The notes below the pieces were generated by a model, which was not told the DNA's origin, ran no database searches, and was given only the letters and a program-made list of their open reading frames with translations. Shown one piece after another: positions 1 to 9,829 of a DNA stretch of 43,164 bases. The DNA is taken from NCBI GenBank assembly GCA_039794845.1, contig JAUQVK010000100.1, forward strand, positions 1 through 43,164, written 5' to 3'. The position numbers were made by a program, and so were the translations under genes. Position 1 is the first letter of the stretch. The number at the start of each line of letters is the position of its first letter. This DNA comes from Thermostichus sp. DRC_bins_24 (GTDB lineage Bacteria > Cyanobacteriota > Cyanobacteriia > Thermostichales > Thermostichaceae).

Positions 1-140
1 AAATGATGTGGTCTGTTATCAAATCATTTGTTCGATTATTTCCATGTCGGAGCAGAGATGAGATGAAAAAGCTGATAGAGATTGGACTATCTCTAATTGA
101 GCAGTCTGCGACATTATCTGTCACAAAACAGTCAACCTGA
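1..140 (+). mobile_element. 3' end of a probable IS630-family transposase (partial, runs off the window)
   Basis: Frame from nt 3 reads MMWSVIKSFVRLFPCRSRDEMKKLIEIGLSLIEQ...* (TGA 138-140). This resembles the segment after the SPDxNPIE motif of IS630 transposases (ExxWSxLKxxxR). AT-rich and next to a tRNA 3' end. Confidence 0.45.
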
Positions 141-207
141 CAGATCCGGCAGGACAAACAAAATCTGGGATCCCTTATCTGGCTTAGATTTTGGGGATTT
201 TAAGGAA

Positions 208-281
208 CGGGACTGGGCGGATTCGAACCGCCGACCTAGCGCTTAGGAGGCGCTTGCTCTATCCATCTGAGCCACAGCCCC
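208..281 (-). tRNA. tRNA-Arg (anticodon CCU)
   Basis: Reverse complement GGGGCTGTGGCTCAGATGGATAGAGCAAGCGCCTCCTAAGCGCTAGGTCGGCGGTTCGAATCCGCCCAGTCCCG. Acceptor stem GGGGCTG/CAGTCCC, anticodon stem AGCGC/GCGCT with loop CTCCTAA, T-loop GTTCGAATC. No encoded CCA. Confidence 0.97.
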
Positions 282-529
282 AGGCCAAGAAAGGGATCCC
301 TCTCCGACACCCAACTGATTTTAACCTCCCTCCTGGGTAACCCAGGGGTTACTGCTCAATCAGACCGCCTTGATCAAGCTGGGATCCACATCCGATAGGC
401 GGCACATCCATGGAGGCCATGGCCACACTCAACTCATCCTGAGGCAACCACGGCATCCGTAGCACTTTTGCCTCACCCGCTACAGCCAAGCCCCGGAGAA
501 TCGGATGACCCATTCTCGATTGAATTGAG

Positions 530-628
530 TTGAATTGAGTTTGCAACACCTGCCCTCCCCCCTTCGCGCAGTGTGGCACCGGCCGTATCTCTTCTCCCAG
601 AGCCGAAGAGGGGAGTCAGAAAGTGTAT
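530..628 (-). repeat. Dispersed ~100-bp intergenic repeat, copy 1 (MITE/SDR-like)
   Basis: Reverse complement aligns end to end with 15875-15974 (ATACACTTTCTGACT...CTCTGGGAGA...CTGCGCGAAGGGGGGAGGGCA.GTGTTGCAAACTCAAT). Confidence 0.9.
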
Positions 629-746
629 GTTATTTGGTCTTACTTGGAGTGACCATAAACCCCAGACAAACGGGATCCCCTCCAGCCATCTATTGGCCAG
701 AAGGGATCCCCAACTGAACTTGTTGCCTAAGCAACCGACCGTGGGG

Positions 747-980
747 TTAGGGCTGCCGTTTGAAGCTCTTCACTTCCAAAACCGGGCCCACCTGCGCCAC
801 CGTCAGCATGTCTTCTTTCACCTGTCCCTGGATGGTCACCTCCAGCCCCTCCTGCAACAGGTCTTTGGGGGCACGAAAGAGGGCGTAGTGTTCGCCGGAA
901 GGCACCGTCAGCACCCACACCCCCGACTCGATGTCCAGGAACTCGATTTTGCCCTGGTACTCCTGAATTGGCTCCGGCAT
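747..980 (-). CDS. Small conserved hypothetical protein (77 aa, beta-rich), translationally coupled to the S8 protease
   Basis: The ATG at 978-980 overlaps the protease TGA (TGATG). Sequence MPEPIQEYQGKIEFLDIESGVWVL... The longer 149-aa call overlaps the protease and is unlikely. Confidence 0.8.
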   Translation of the reverse strand: MPEPIQEYQGKIEFLDIESGVWVLTVPSGEHYALFRAPKDLLQEGLEVTIQGQVKEDMLTVAQVGPVLEVKSFKRQP

Positions 981-2833
981 CACTTCCTCAGAGCTAGCCC
1001 AGTCGCCGTGGACGGGGAGTCCGTAGAGGCTTGTGCTCCCAAATAGGCCAAGCCCAGGCAGAGCAAGCCATTGAGGAGCAAGAAGGAGCGACCCAACCAA
1101 GCAGAGGAGCCAAACCATACCACCCCCTCGTAGAACAGGGATCCGGACAAAAGCAAGTGTGAGGCCATCCCCACCGACAGGCCGATCACCGCCCACCGCC
1201 AGCGCCGGTGCCCCAGCAGGAGCAACATCAGCAGGCCCGGGATCAAGACACTGGCAAACAGCGGGTTCAAGGCACCGGTCTGGGCAAAAGCTGTTCCCAA
1301 CTCCGGCAGGGAACTACCCGCCAGTTGGAAGGGCCAACGGGGGCCGCCGACAATCGCCAACCCCTGCAGAGGAAATAAACCGGCACTGCCCAAGAGGATC
1401 CCGGCCAGCAGCGGCACAGAGGCAAGGAGGCGTTTGGGGGCCAGCCACCAGCGGATCAACACCAGGATGATGTAGCCCCCGATCACCATCAGCAGCTTCG
1501 GCACCAGGGCAATCGGGCCGCCATCAAACCAGAAGCGGGGGTTGAGGTAGCCGTTGTTGTTCAGGTACTGCAAGAAGTCCTTGAACCACAGAGCCAAGGG
1601 GTTTTCTTCCTGTTGTCCTGTGGCCCGCGCCAAGGCTTTGGCAGCATCCAAACGACCGGCACCGTAGAAGTTCTGCTTGTCGTTTTCCACCGGCATGGCG
1701 GACATCTTCAGCACTTCCTCCACCTTATCCGGGTCTTTCACCCCCTGGGCTTGGATCAGGGCCGCCACCCCCGCCACGTGGGGGGTAGCCATGCTGGTGC
1801 CCTGGAAGTAAGCAAAGAGAGCTTCGCTGGGGTTACGGCGGTTGATGGTTTGTTGGAGGATGCCGTATTCCGGGTGCTCCTGGGTTTTGGCCCCACCGGG
1901 AGCGGAGATATCCACGCCCACCCCGTAGTTGGAGTAGGGGGCTTTCTCGCCGTTGGGCCCGGTGGCCGAGACGGCGATCACATGCTCATAGCGGGCCGGG
2001 TAGCTGACCTGGTTGGAATTTTCGTTGCCCGCCGCCGCGATCACCGTTACCCCTTTGCTGTGGGCGTAGGTAACGGCCTCTTGCATCAACTGTGCCGAAG
2101 CCCGGCTGCCCAGGCTGAGGTTGATGATCGTAGCGCCATGGTCGGCGGCATAGCGGATCCCTTCCACCACGTCCGACAGGGATCCAAAGCCGTTGGCATC
2201 CAGAACCCGCACCGGCATGATCTTGGCCTTAAAGGCGATCCCCGCCACACCGTAGGCATTGTTGGTGGACTGGGCGATGGTTCCCGCCACATGGGTGCCA
2301 TGTCCCTGTAAATCTTCCGGATTCTCGTCGTCATCCACAAAGTCGTAGCCCTTGACAAACTCAGTTTGGGCCAGATCCGAGACCCGGGTGACCCCCGTAT
2401 CCACCACGGCCACCGTGACTCCTTCCCCCTGAGACACATCCCAGGCCTCCGGCATGTGGATGGCCCTCAGGTTCCACTGCTGGGGATAAAGGCGATCGTT
2501 GGGCACAAAGGCCGCCTGGAACTGATAGTTGGGATGGGCATACTCGATCAAGGCCTCATTCGTCAGCTGCTTCACCAAGCGCCGTGTGGATCCCTGATGA
2601 TGGGCCTCCACGTCGAACAGATAAATGGCTTCTTGGCGGGCAAAGGAGCTGCCACTGCTGGGGCGCAGCGAAAGACCATACTCCTTGGCAATGGCGGCAA
2701 TCTGACTCGGGGTAGCGGTGTTAACAAAATTGACCACAATGCTGTCATAGGGGGTGGATCCCTTACCGCAAGCCGTCAGCAGCAATGCCATCAGACAGGC
2801 GCAGCAAAGACCCAACCAGCGTCTGAATTTCAT
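980..2833 (-). CDS. Subtilisin-like S8 serine protease; lipoprotein with a C-terminal multi-pass membrane domain
   Basis: Lipobox LLLTAC. Catalytic motifs VAVVDTG, GHGTHVAG and GTSMATPHVAG. Hydrophobic C-terminal helices. Confidence 0.95.
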   Translation of the reverse strand: MKFRRWLGLCCACLMALLLTACGKGSTPYDSIVVNFVNTATPSQIAAIAKEYGLSLRPSSGSSFARQEAIYLFDVEAHHQGSTRRLVKQLTNEALIEYAHPNYQFQAAFVPNDRLYPQQWNLRAIHMPEAWDVSQGEGVTVAVVDTGVTRVSDLAQTEFVKGYDFVDDDENPEDLQGHGTHVAGTIAQSTNNAYGVAGIAFKAKIMPVRVLDANGFGSLSDVVEGIRYAADHGATIINLSLGSRASAQLMQEAVTYAHSKGVTVIAAAGNENSNQVSYPARYEHVIAVSATGPNGEKAPYSNYGVGVDISAPGGAKTQEHPEYGILQQTINRRNPSEALFAYFQGTSMATPHVAGVAALIQAQGVKDPDKVEEVLKMSAMPVENDKQNFYGAGRLDAAKALARATGQQEENPLALWFKDFLQYLNNNGYLNPRFWFDGGPIALVPKLLMVIGGYIILVLIRWWLAPKRLLASVPLLAGILLGSAGLFPLQGLAIVGGPRWPFQLAGSSLPELGTAFAQTGALNPLFASVLIPGLLMLLLLGHRRWRWAVIGLSVGMASHLLLSGSLFYEGVVWFGSSAWLGRSFLLLNGLLCLGLAYLGAQASTDSPSTATGLALRK

Positions 2834-3038
2834 AATTCACGCCCTCGGGATCCAATTGTTGGAACCAGTATGCCCTCTGGATTGGCAATTGACGAGGTGA
2901 AGCTCTGGGATTCTCGAAATTACCGAATTACCAAGAGATGCAACCCTGGCCGCGCAAGAAGGGATCCCAGCTCTCCGGAGAAAGTGTTATGACAAGATGA
3001 GCGTAAAATTCCGCTAGGGCGGGGGTGAGTGAGGGTCG

Positions 3039-3791
3039 ATGGATACGGTTTTACAGTTACTGATCCGGGGTTGGTACTTTTCCATCCCACTGTTGATGTT
3101 CTCGGTCTTCTCGGTGGCTTGCTGCATCGAGCGGGGGCTGTTCTGGTGGAAGGTCACCCATCGGCAGGAGGCGGTCGTTCGTCAATCTCTGAGCCAATAC
3201 CGCCGCAATCCACGTGCGGCCCAGTACATGCTGGAGCAGAATGCCGATCTGCCCATTGCCCGGATTTTTTTGGCCGGGCTGGAGCTGAACGAAGCCAGCC
3301 CTGAAGACTTTAAGTTGGCCCTAGAAACCGCCTTAGCAGCAGAAGTGCCCCTCCTAAAGCGCTTCAATACCGTCTTCGATACGGTGATCACCATCGCCCC
3401 GTTCTTGGGCCTCTTGGGCACCGTCACCGGCATCATCCAAATCCTCAGCTCCATTCAACTGGGAGATATCGGCGGCACCGACACCCAGGGAGTAGGTCAG
3501 GGGATTGCCGAAGCCCTTTACTCAACGGCGTTTGGGCTGATCGTCGCCATTCCCACTTTGCTGATCTCCAACACTTTCCGCTCGTTGTACTTACGACAAC
3601 TCTCCAAGATTCAGGAGTACGGGGGCGAGTTGGAGTTGTTGCATCGGCAACGGCAGGAGATGCAAGCGCAACAGCCTTCCCAGCGACCCTACATGAAGCC
3701 TAGCCCCACCGGCGGCTCGGCCATTCCTCCCTATTCGTCGCTTGAGCAATCGGTACAGGAGCCTTATGCGAATCCCGGAAGAGAATTTTAG
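3039..3791 (+). CDS. exbB: MotA/TolQ/ExbB proton channel family protein
   Basis: Motifs APFLGLLGTVTGII and GIAEALYSTAFGLIVAIP; followed by exbD. Confidence 0.93.
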   Translation: MDTVLQLLIRGWYFSIPLLMFSVFSVACCIERGLFWWKVTHRQEAVVRQSLSQYRRNPRAAQYMLEQNADLPIARIFLAGLELNEASPEDFKLALETALAAEVPLLKRFNTVFDTVITIAPFLGLLGTVTGIIQILSSIQLGDIGGTDTQGVGQGIAEALYSTAFGLIVAIPTLLISNTFRSLYLRQLSKIQEYGGELELLHRQRQEMQAQQPSQRPYMKPSPTGGSAIPPYSSLEQSVQEPYANPGREF

Positions 3792-4191
3792 ACCCGCTGA
3801 GATCAACATCGTGCCCCTGATCGATGTCATCTTCTCAATCTTGGTGTTTTTCGTGATCGCCAGCTTGGTGCTCACCCGTTCGGAAGCCTTGGATGTTAAC
3901 TTGCCGGATGCAACTACGGCAGAAACCCGTCTACAGCCGGATGTCACCGTAAGTGTGACGGCAGAGGGACAAATTGCCGTCAACCAAGAAACCATTGCCG
4001 ATATTTCGGGGTTGCTCCCAGCGGTGGAGCGGATCCTGGCAGAAAAGTCAGGGGAAGGGCGGCGCTTGGTGGTGATTAATGCTGATTTAGCGCTCTCCCA
4101 CGGCAAGGTGGTGGAGGTGATGGATACCCTGCAACGGGTACCCAATGTCAGCCTGGCGATTGCCGCCCGTCGGCCCAGCAGCGGCAATTGA
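3766..4191 (+). CDS. exbD: ExbD/TolR biopolymer transport protein
   Basis: Motif EINIVPLIDVIFSILVFF. ATG at 3766 is preceded by AGGAG. Confidence 0.93.
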   Translation: MRIPEENFRPAEINIVPLIDVIFSILVFFVIASLVLTRSEALDVNLPDATTAETRLQPDVTVSVTAEGQIAVNQETIADISGLLPAVERILAEKSGEGRRLVVINADLALSHGKVVEVMDTLQRVPNVSLAIAARRPSSGN

Positions 4192-4229
4192 GGTTTGAGC
4201 CGGACATGGAGCGACAGGCGTTGGCCAGA

Positions 4230-5228
4230 TCACGCTGGGATCCGAATCACCTGGTGGGTTTGGGCGGATCGCTCCGCAGCTTCTGCCACGGCTAGGGCAT
4301 GCAGCATTTTCTCAGTATCTACGTAGAGGGGGCTACCCTTACGCAGATGTTCCAGCACCATGTGGGTATCCTGTTCAAACAAACCGTGACGGGATCCCGT
4401 CTCCAGGGGATGGGCATTGCCAGGACGCAGCAACATTGCTTCTTCCCCGTTGATCAACAGGCCGCCTCGCTGGCCATGCAGTTCCAGCAGCCGCTGCGAA
4501 CACCACAAGGAATCGCCCTTGCCGTAGGCGAGCACTGCCACCAGGCCATCGGCAAAACTCAGCTGGGCAGTACAGTAGCAGCTGCTGTAGCGGTGGGGCA
4601 AATCCGGGCCATCGTAGCGCAGTTGGCAGCTCACCCGTTCTACAGGTCCCAACAGATCCACCAGCCGGTGAATGCGGGAAACGGCCCCCATAAGAGGGAA
4701 TCCGAACAACTCCGGCTGATAAGTCCAGCGTTCGGGGGCGGGATGGGTGGCGGTGAGGGTAATGTAGCGAACGGCAAACAGCTTGCCCAACCCTTCCAAC
4801 TCCCGTTTCAGCAACAGATGCACGCCGCTGATCAGCTCAATGTGCTCCACATGCAGCAGCACCTTTCGCTCGGCAGCCAGTTTTACCAAAGAACGGGCCT
4901 CGGCCACCTCCAAAGCGAGGGGATATTCCACAACGGTGGGGATCCCCAATCCCAGGGCGGCACGGGCAATGGCGGCATGGTCTCGATTGATGGTGCTAAC
5001 AAACACCAAGTCTAACTGATGATCGTGCAGCAGGGTTGACCAATCAGGACAGACGGTGGCCCCAAACTCCGCCGCAAACGGGCCGGTTCGATCGGGATTT
5101 CGACCGGCAATGGCTACAATTTGTGCTTGTCCATCTTTTCGCACCGCTTCAGCCCGTGAGCGAGCTGCATAGCCAGTGCCAATGATCCCCACCCGCAATG
5201 TTCGTTTCCTCCTATGAGTGGTTGCCAT
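4230..5228 (-). CDS. bvdR: Biliverdin reductase (Gfo/Idh/MocA fold)
   Basis: RVGIIGTGYAA, EYPLAL, LLHVEHIEL, RWTY.PELFGFPL and GSR.GLF.QDT match recalled cyanobacterial BvdR motifs. Confidence 0.85.
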   Translation of the reverse strand: MATTHRRKRTLRVGIIGTGYAARSRAEAVRKDGQAQIVAIAGRNPDRTGPFAAEFGATVCPDWSTLLHDHQLDLVFVSTINRDHAAIARAALGLGIPTVVEYPLALEVAEARSLVKLAAERKVLLHVEHIELISGVHLLLKRELEGLGKLFAVRYITLTATHPAPERWTYQPELFGFPLMGAVSRIHRLVDLLGPVERVSCQLRYDGPDLPHRYSSCYCTAQLSFADGLVAVLAYGKGDSLWCSQRLLELHGQRGGLLINGEEAMLLRPGNAHPLETGSRHGLFEQDTHMVLEHLRKGSPLYVDTEKMLHALAVAEAAERSAQTHQVIRIPA

Positions 5229-5449
5229 AAGTGGTTGCTATGAACCAGCCTGTGCAGCACTGTCTGTAGCATCACACAGGAGGGATCCCCTACACCAGAG
5301 CTCGGCAGCATCGAGCTCCCTTTGCGGTATAGCATTCCTCAAGACCAGACCTGTGACACCCCACCCTAAGCCGTGGGATCCCGAGGGGGATCGGGGGCCA
5401 AATCCCTGCCGGTCGGCCGGAACTCGGAGCGGGGAACCGTTCTAAGGCT

Positions 5450-6289
5450 TCACTCCGGCAGGCGACCCAACCCCACCCCAGGGTAGTAATAGGCCAAAAT
5501 TTGCCGGTAGGTCCAGCCTTGGCGGGCCAACTCTTGAGCACCCCACTGGCTCATGCCGATGCCGTGCCCATGCTTGGGATAGGGGCTCACATCCGGCAGG
5601 CTTATCAAATAGGGGATCCCGCTCACCCCGACGGTTTGGCCGCCGCTGCTGGCGCTGTACATGGCATTCACAAACTGGCCCCCGTACACCATCACCACCC
5701 CCCGAGTGGCCCGCGTGGCTTCTAGGGCTGCCACCGACCGTTGTGACAAGCCCCGATACACCTGGGAGCGAGTATCGCTAAATACATCAAACCAGCCGTG
5801 CGAATTGCGGTGATGGAGTACATAGCTGCGGGCGGCTACGGCCTGGGCTTTCAGGGCTTCCGGCAAAAACCGGGGTCCCATTTCGGCCTCCACCACACTG
5901 GCCACATAGTCTTCCAGGTCAACAGAGTTGATGGCCAGCAGCAGGTTGTACCCGGTCAAGAGCACCTCGCCGGAATACCAGCGGCCATTCACCGCCACCA
6001 GGCCGCCCTCTTCAGGTCTAATGACCAGCACCGGGGAAACCACCCCATTGAGATGCACCCCCTGTGGGCTTGGCTGAGCCAAAAACCCTTGCATGGAGGG
6101 CAATTCCGCCAGTACTTCCCCACGACTGTTGGTGAGTTGGGCCGGGGTAGAAACCCCCACCGTCAGCGGGGCGCGGGTATTGGCCAATTCCACACGCACC
6201 GTCACCCCTGCCCAAGCAGCCTCCATCCACCCCAAAAGGGCGCCGACCACCAGGGATCCCGCGAGGCCAAGCCAATGTCGTGCGTTCAT
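5450..6289 (-). CDS. SpoIID/LytB domain protein (short form, signal peptide)
   Basis: Motifs LEDYVASVVEAEM, EALKAQAVAARSY, SQVYRG and GHGIGMSQWGA...ILAYYYPG. Confidence 0.93.
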   Translation of the reverse strand: MNARHWLGLAGSLVVGALLGWMEAAWAGVTVRVELANTRAPLTVGVSTPAQLTNSRGEVLAELPSMQGFLAQPSPQGVHLNGVVSPVLVIRPEEGGLVAVNGRWYSGEVLLTGYNLLLAINSVDLEDYVASVVEAEMGPRFLPEALKAQAVAARSYVLHHRNSHGWFDVFSDTRSQVYRGLSQRSVAALEATRATRGVVMVYGGQFVNAMYSASSGGQTVGVSGIPYLISLPDVSPYPKHGHGIGMSQWGAQELARQGWTYRQILAYYYPGVGLGRLPE

Positions 6290-6356
6290 GCGCTGTGCCT
6301 GAGGTTATTTTTTGCACATTCCCCAGCTAAGGATAATGCAAGTTCCTGGAAATGGG

Positions 6357-7661
6357 CTACCGGCGGCTACTGGGAACTGAAGTCGGGGATCCCGTTTCTA
6401 GGGGAGTGGGCTCATCGGTCTGCTCGAGAGTGGCAGGCTGCCGCTGGCTAAACGGATCCGGCCCCAACCCCAAGGCAAAGCGCAGTGAGATCCCCGGACG
6501 AGGGTTGGAAAAGGTGAGGAAATAGCCCAGAGAAGCCAAAGAGAGCAGGGCGGCATAGCCAAACATGGCCCGATAGCCGGATCCCACCGCCAGGGTACCC
6601 AAAATCGGCCCTGCCAAGCCAATGCCCAGATCAAAACCACACATCACCAGGCTGAACATACGACCCCGCTCCGCAGGGCCGGACCGATCGGCGATCAGGG
6701 CGGAAATCAGCGGGATCAACGTGCCAAAACCGGAGCCCACCACAACGCCAGCCGTCAAAAAGGCGCCGACGCTGTCGGCAGTGAACAGGATCCCCATTGC
6801 CAGGGCATAGGTGGCCAAACTGAGGGAGATGAACGGCCCTCGCCCATAGCGATCGGAGGCACGACCGGCCAACAGGCGCACCCCGAAGCTGGCAAAGGCC
6901 ACCGCTGTGTAGAACAGTCCCGCATTCATGGGCACTGCTGTTTCCTGGATCAGCAGGGCGACGAAGGTGGTTTGGGTGCCAAAGGCCAACCCAACCAAAA
7001 GCATCACCAGAGCAAGAGAGCGCACCTTCGGGCTACCCAGAAGGCTCCAAAAGGCCCCCTCCACCGGCAGGGATCCCAGTTGCTCACGCCGTTGTTCTCG
7101 AACCAACTGTGTACAAAGAAACCCCGCCAACCCAAGCGAGGCCGAGAAGAGAAACGCAGGACCATAGCCGGCCCACTCTTGTAAGAACCCGCCCAAAGCG
7201 GGGCCGATGGCAGCACCAATCGGATTGACCAAGCTCATGTAGCCCAAGATCTCGCCGCGTTTTTCTTCCGGGGCAAAATCCACCACCAACGTCACATAGC
7301 CAGTGGCAAAAGCGGCAATGCTAATCCCATGGAAGGCGCGCACCAAGGCGATCAAAGGGATCCAATCGGAGAGCCAATACCCCAAAGGGGCCACTCCCAC
7401 CACCCCCATGCCGATGAGCAGGACAATCTGCCGACTGCGCCGATCCGCCAAGCGCCCCAACCAAGAGCGGGAGGCCAGCAAACCAATCGAGAACGCCCCC
7501 ATCACCAAGCCGACTTGTTGACTGGTGCCACCGGCATCGCTGACATAGAGGGGCAGAATAGGCAACAGCGAGGATAAACTGGCCCAAAAGAGCAGCCCGG
7601 CCACAAACAAAATGCTCAAGTTGCGTCGCTGCCCAGGCTGCAGTTGCCGAAATACCCTCAC
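6357..7661 (-). CDS. MFS transporter
   Basis: About 12 hydrophobic segments; motif-A-like GRLADRRSR and GRASDRYGR. Confidence 0.93.
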   Translation of the reverse strand: MRVFRQLQPGQRRNLSILFVAGLLFWASLSSLLPILPLYVSDAGGTSQQVGLVMGAFSIGLLASRSWLGRLADRRSRQIVLLIGMGVVGVAPLGYWLSDWIPLIALVRAFHGISIAAFATGYVTLVVDFAPEEKRGEILGYMSLVNPIGAAIGPALGGFLQEWAGYGPAFLFSASLGLAGFLCTQLVREQRREQLGSLPVEGAFWSLLGSPKVRSLALVMLLVGLAFGTQTTFVALLIQETAVPMNAGLFYTAVAFASFGVRLLAGRASDRYGRGPFISLSLATYALAMGILFTADSVGAFLTAGVVVGSGFGTLIPLISALIADRSGPAERGRMFSLVMCGFDLGIGLAGPILGTLAVGSGYRAMFGYAALLSLASLGYFLTFSNPRPGISLRFALGLGPDPFSQRQPATLEQTDEPTPLETGSPTSVPSSRR

Positions 7662-7895
7662 GAAAACTCCTCACGCAAAAGGGGACTCAATTGGTGCCGT
7701 CGGAACCCGTCGCTGCCGGGGGATCCCCCTGAAAAGGCGTCTCTTCGGATCCCTCGGCCCAAAATAATTTAGACACTAACCTTATTGATTGTAACCGTAT
7801 TACCCGGGGCCGTGAACCGGTCTTGCACAACCTTGACGCAACCTCTGGGTTGGGGCAGCTGTTAACCTGAAGATCGTTCTCCCGTAGGCTTGCCC

Positions 7896-8165
7896 ATGCC
7901 TGAACGGTCGGATCCTTTTACCCGCAGTTTGATCGCCCTGATTCGCGGCTATCAGGTCGGCATTTCCCCTTGGTTGCCCCCGGCCTGTCGCTATTACCCC
8001 ACCTGCTCTCACTACACCCTAGAAGCGGTGCGACGCTACGGAGCCCTGCGGGGAGGATGGCTGGGGATCCGTCGCCTCTGTCGTTGTCATCCTTGGCATG
8101 CAGGAGGCTACGATCCGGTTCCGGATTTGCCGGGATCCCTGCCCAATCCCAAAAAAGCGCCTTGA
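7896..8165 (+). CDS. yidD: Membrane protein insertion efficiency factor YidD
   Basis: Motif [24 protein letters not shown]...G.WL...R..RCHPW..GGYDPVP. Confidence 0.95.
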   Translation: MPERSDPFTRSLIALIRGYQVGISPWLPPACRYYPTCSHYTLEAVRRYGALRGGWLGIRRLCRCHPWHAGGYDPVPDLPGSLPNPKKAP

Positions 8166-8480
8166 CTTGACCCCTTGTCGGTGGTGGCGAGGAAATCCTT
8201 CCCCAACAGCTCACACCCGGAAAAACAAGCAGTAGGGGCTACTGGCCCAGAGCAGTTGCTATCATCGGCTACAGTGTTGACAACCTCTGAATCCTGGCTA
8301 CTGGCAAGTTTGCCGGACGCGGCTCCGGTCGCGGATGCAAGCAGCAGGGGAGAGGGTTGGTAGGCTGAGTGGTGTGTCGAGCAGGTCTTGGTTAGAGAGC
8401 AGGTTCATGGCCTGTGCTTTGTGACAGAATGCACCTTCCACTGCTGAGCCTTCTGGATTGACTGCAACGGAACCGTCACG

Positions 8481-9416
8481 ATGTCCTCAGATCTGAGACC
8501 CCCTTTCCGCCCCGTACGCTCCCCTAAATCCCACTCAACCGGTGGGGCCAAAGGATCTTCTCTGAAGCCCAAGCCTCAGGACACTGAGGCTTCCCCCGAC
8601 GCCACTCAACCCGCTGCTGGGGGCACCACCCCTTTGGAGGAGAAGGCCCCCACCAAACCAGGACGAATCTATCTGGAGCCGATTCCACCTCCTGGGGAGG
8701 AGATGCAATACCGGGCCATCGGCCTGATCGAAGGGCAGTACATTCCCTCGAGCGAGCAGTTTACCCGCGGGGTTTTGCGCACGCTGGATGGGCTGGATCT
8801 GAATGCGGTGTTGTTGGGCCGGGTGATGAGCCTGGTACGCAAGCACTTGGAGCCGGAACGCAACTACCTGTGGGTGGTTTATCCGCGCACCCGCGAGAAA
8901 ACCGAAGACCTACACGTGCAACTGATGGGGGTGTGGGCTCCTGAAGAAATGGGGCAGACCCTGCCTGAAGGATCCCGTGCTCCCGTGGTACCGGATTGGT
9001 TTTCCATTCGGGGGGAGGTGGTGTTTCAATCCCAGGAGAAGGGATTCATCATCGTCAAAATCCTCCAGTCTGGCAAGAAACCTTCTGCCAACCGCAAAGA
9101 ATCGGCTCTGGCCAACAAACCGCAAGCCTTCAAACTACGCCTGCTCGGATCCCTACCTGGCAAAGGGGTGGGGAATTTTTGGGATTTACAGGTGCGCCGC
9201 CAGGGATCCCTGCTCTACGTGGAGGCGGGTACTCCCATTGGCCCCGTGATCAAAACGCCGCCGCGACCGCGCTTGAAACGCTCGACTCCCCGCCCACAGA
9301 TCAACAAGAGGAACCTGAGCAAATCCGCTGCTGGGGAGCAATCCATTCCTGAGCAATTCTACTCCCCCCGGGATCCCGCCCAAGTGCCCAAACCGATTAA
9401 GAAAAAGCGTCCCTAA
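8481..9416 (+). CDS. Conserved cyanobacterial hypothetical protein
   Basis: 311-aa ORF with QYRAIGL...G.Y.PS and WVVYPRT motifs and a basic, Pro-rich tail. Confidence 0.8.
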   Translation: MSSDLRPPFRPVRSPKSHSTGGAKGSSLKPKPQDTEASPDATQPAAGGTTPLEEKAPTKPGRIYLEPIPPPGEEMQYRAIGLIEGQYIPSSEQFTRGVLRTLDGLDLNAVLLGRVMSLVRKHLEPERNYLWVVYPRTREKTEDLHVQLMGVWAPEEMGQTLPEGSRAPVVPDWFSIRGEVVFQSQEKGFIIVKILQSGKKPSANRKESALANKPQAFKLRLLGSLPGKGVGNFWDLQVRRQGSLLYVEAGTPIGPVIKTPPRPRLKRSTPRPQINKRNLSKSAAGEQSIPEQFYSPRDPAQVPKPIKKKRP

Positions 9417-9469
9417 TTTTGATAAGTTGATAGCTTCTTGATGAATCATCCTTCTACCCTGGTTTTGCC

Positions 9470-9748
9470 GTGCCGGAATCAACCCCTCCTCGGAAAGATG
9501 AGTTCCTTTCGCCTCGCTATCCCTACTGGGGTGAGGTGAAGCCACAGAATTTAATCTTCGATGCCAATTTGCAGGAATTTAGCAACAAAGTTAGTCTCAT
9601 TTGCGGACTAGAGACTGGCGGCAAGATCACGCCTGAAGAAGCCTATCGACAGATCAAAGAGCTGTGGAAACAACTGAAGGAGACCAAAAAAGCCATCTTG
9701 GATAATCCCCAGTGGAATGAGCCGCCGCCGGATTTGCCAGAAGGCTAG
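9470..9748 (+). CDS. Small conserved cyanobacterial protein
   Basis: Y.GE.KPQNL.F.ANLQEF..KV..IC.LETGGKI.PEEAY..IK.LW..LK motif, recalled from a widespread cyanobacterial family. Confidence 0.85.
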   Translation: MPESTPPRKDEFLSPRYPYWGEVKPQNLIFDANLQEFSNKVSLICGLETGGKITPEEAYRQIKELWKQLKETKKAILDNPQWNEPPPDLPEG

Positions 9749-9829
9749 CCGGCGCCATAGCCAAGAGCTGCGAAGGATCAGCGTAAAGATTCAGAGCATA
9801 CAGCTGAACATTGGAGCTGAGTGGGGTGC

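Noticed and set aside
7791..7803. NtcA site
   Set aside because: GTA-N7-TAC spacing rather than N8.
8175..8410. Short ORFs in the yidD downstream spacer
   Set aside because: No RBS or recognisable motif on either strand.
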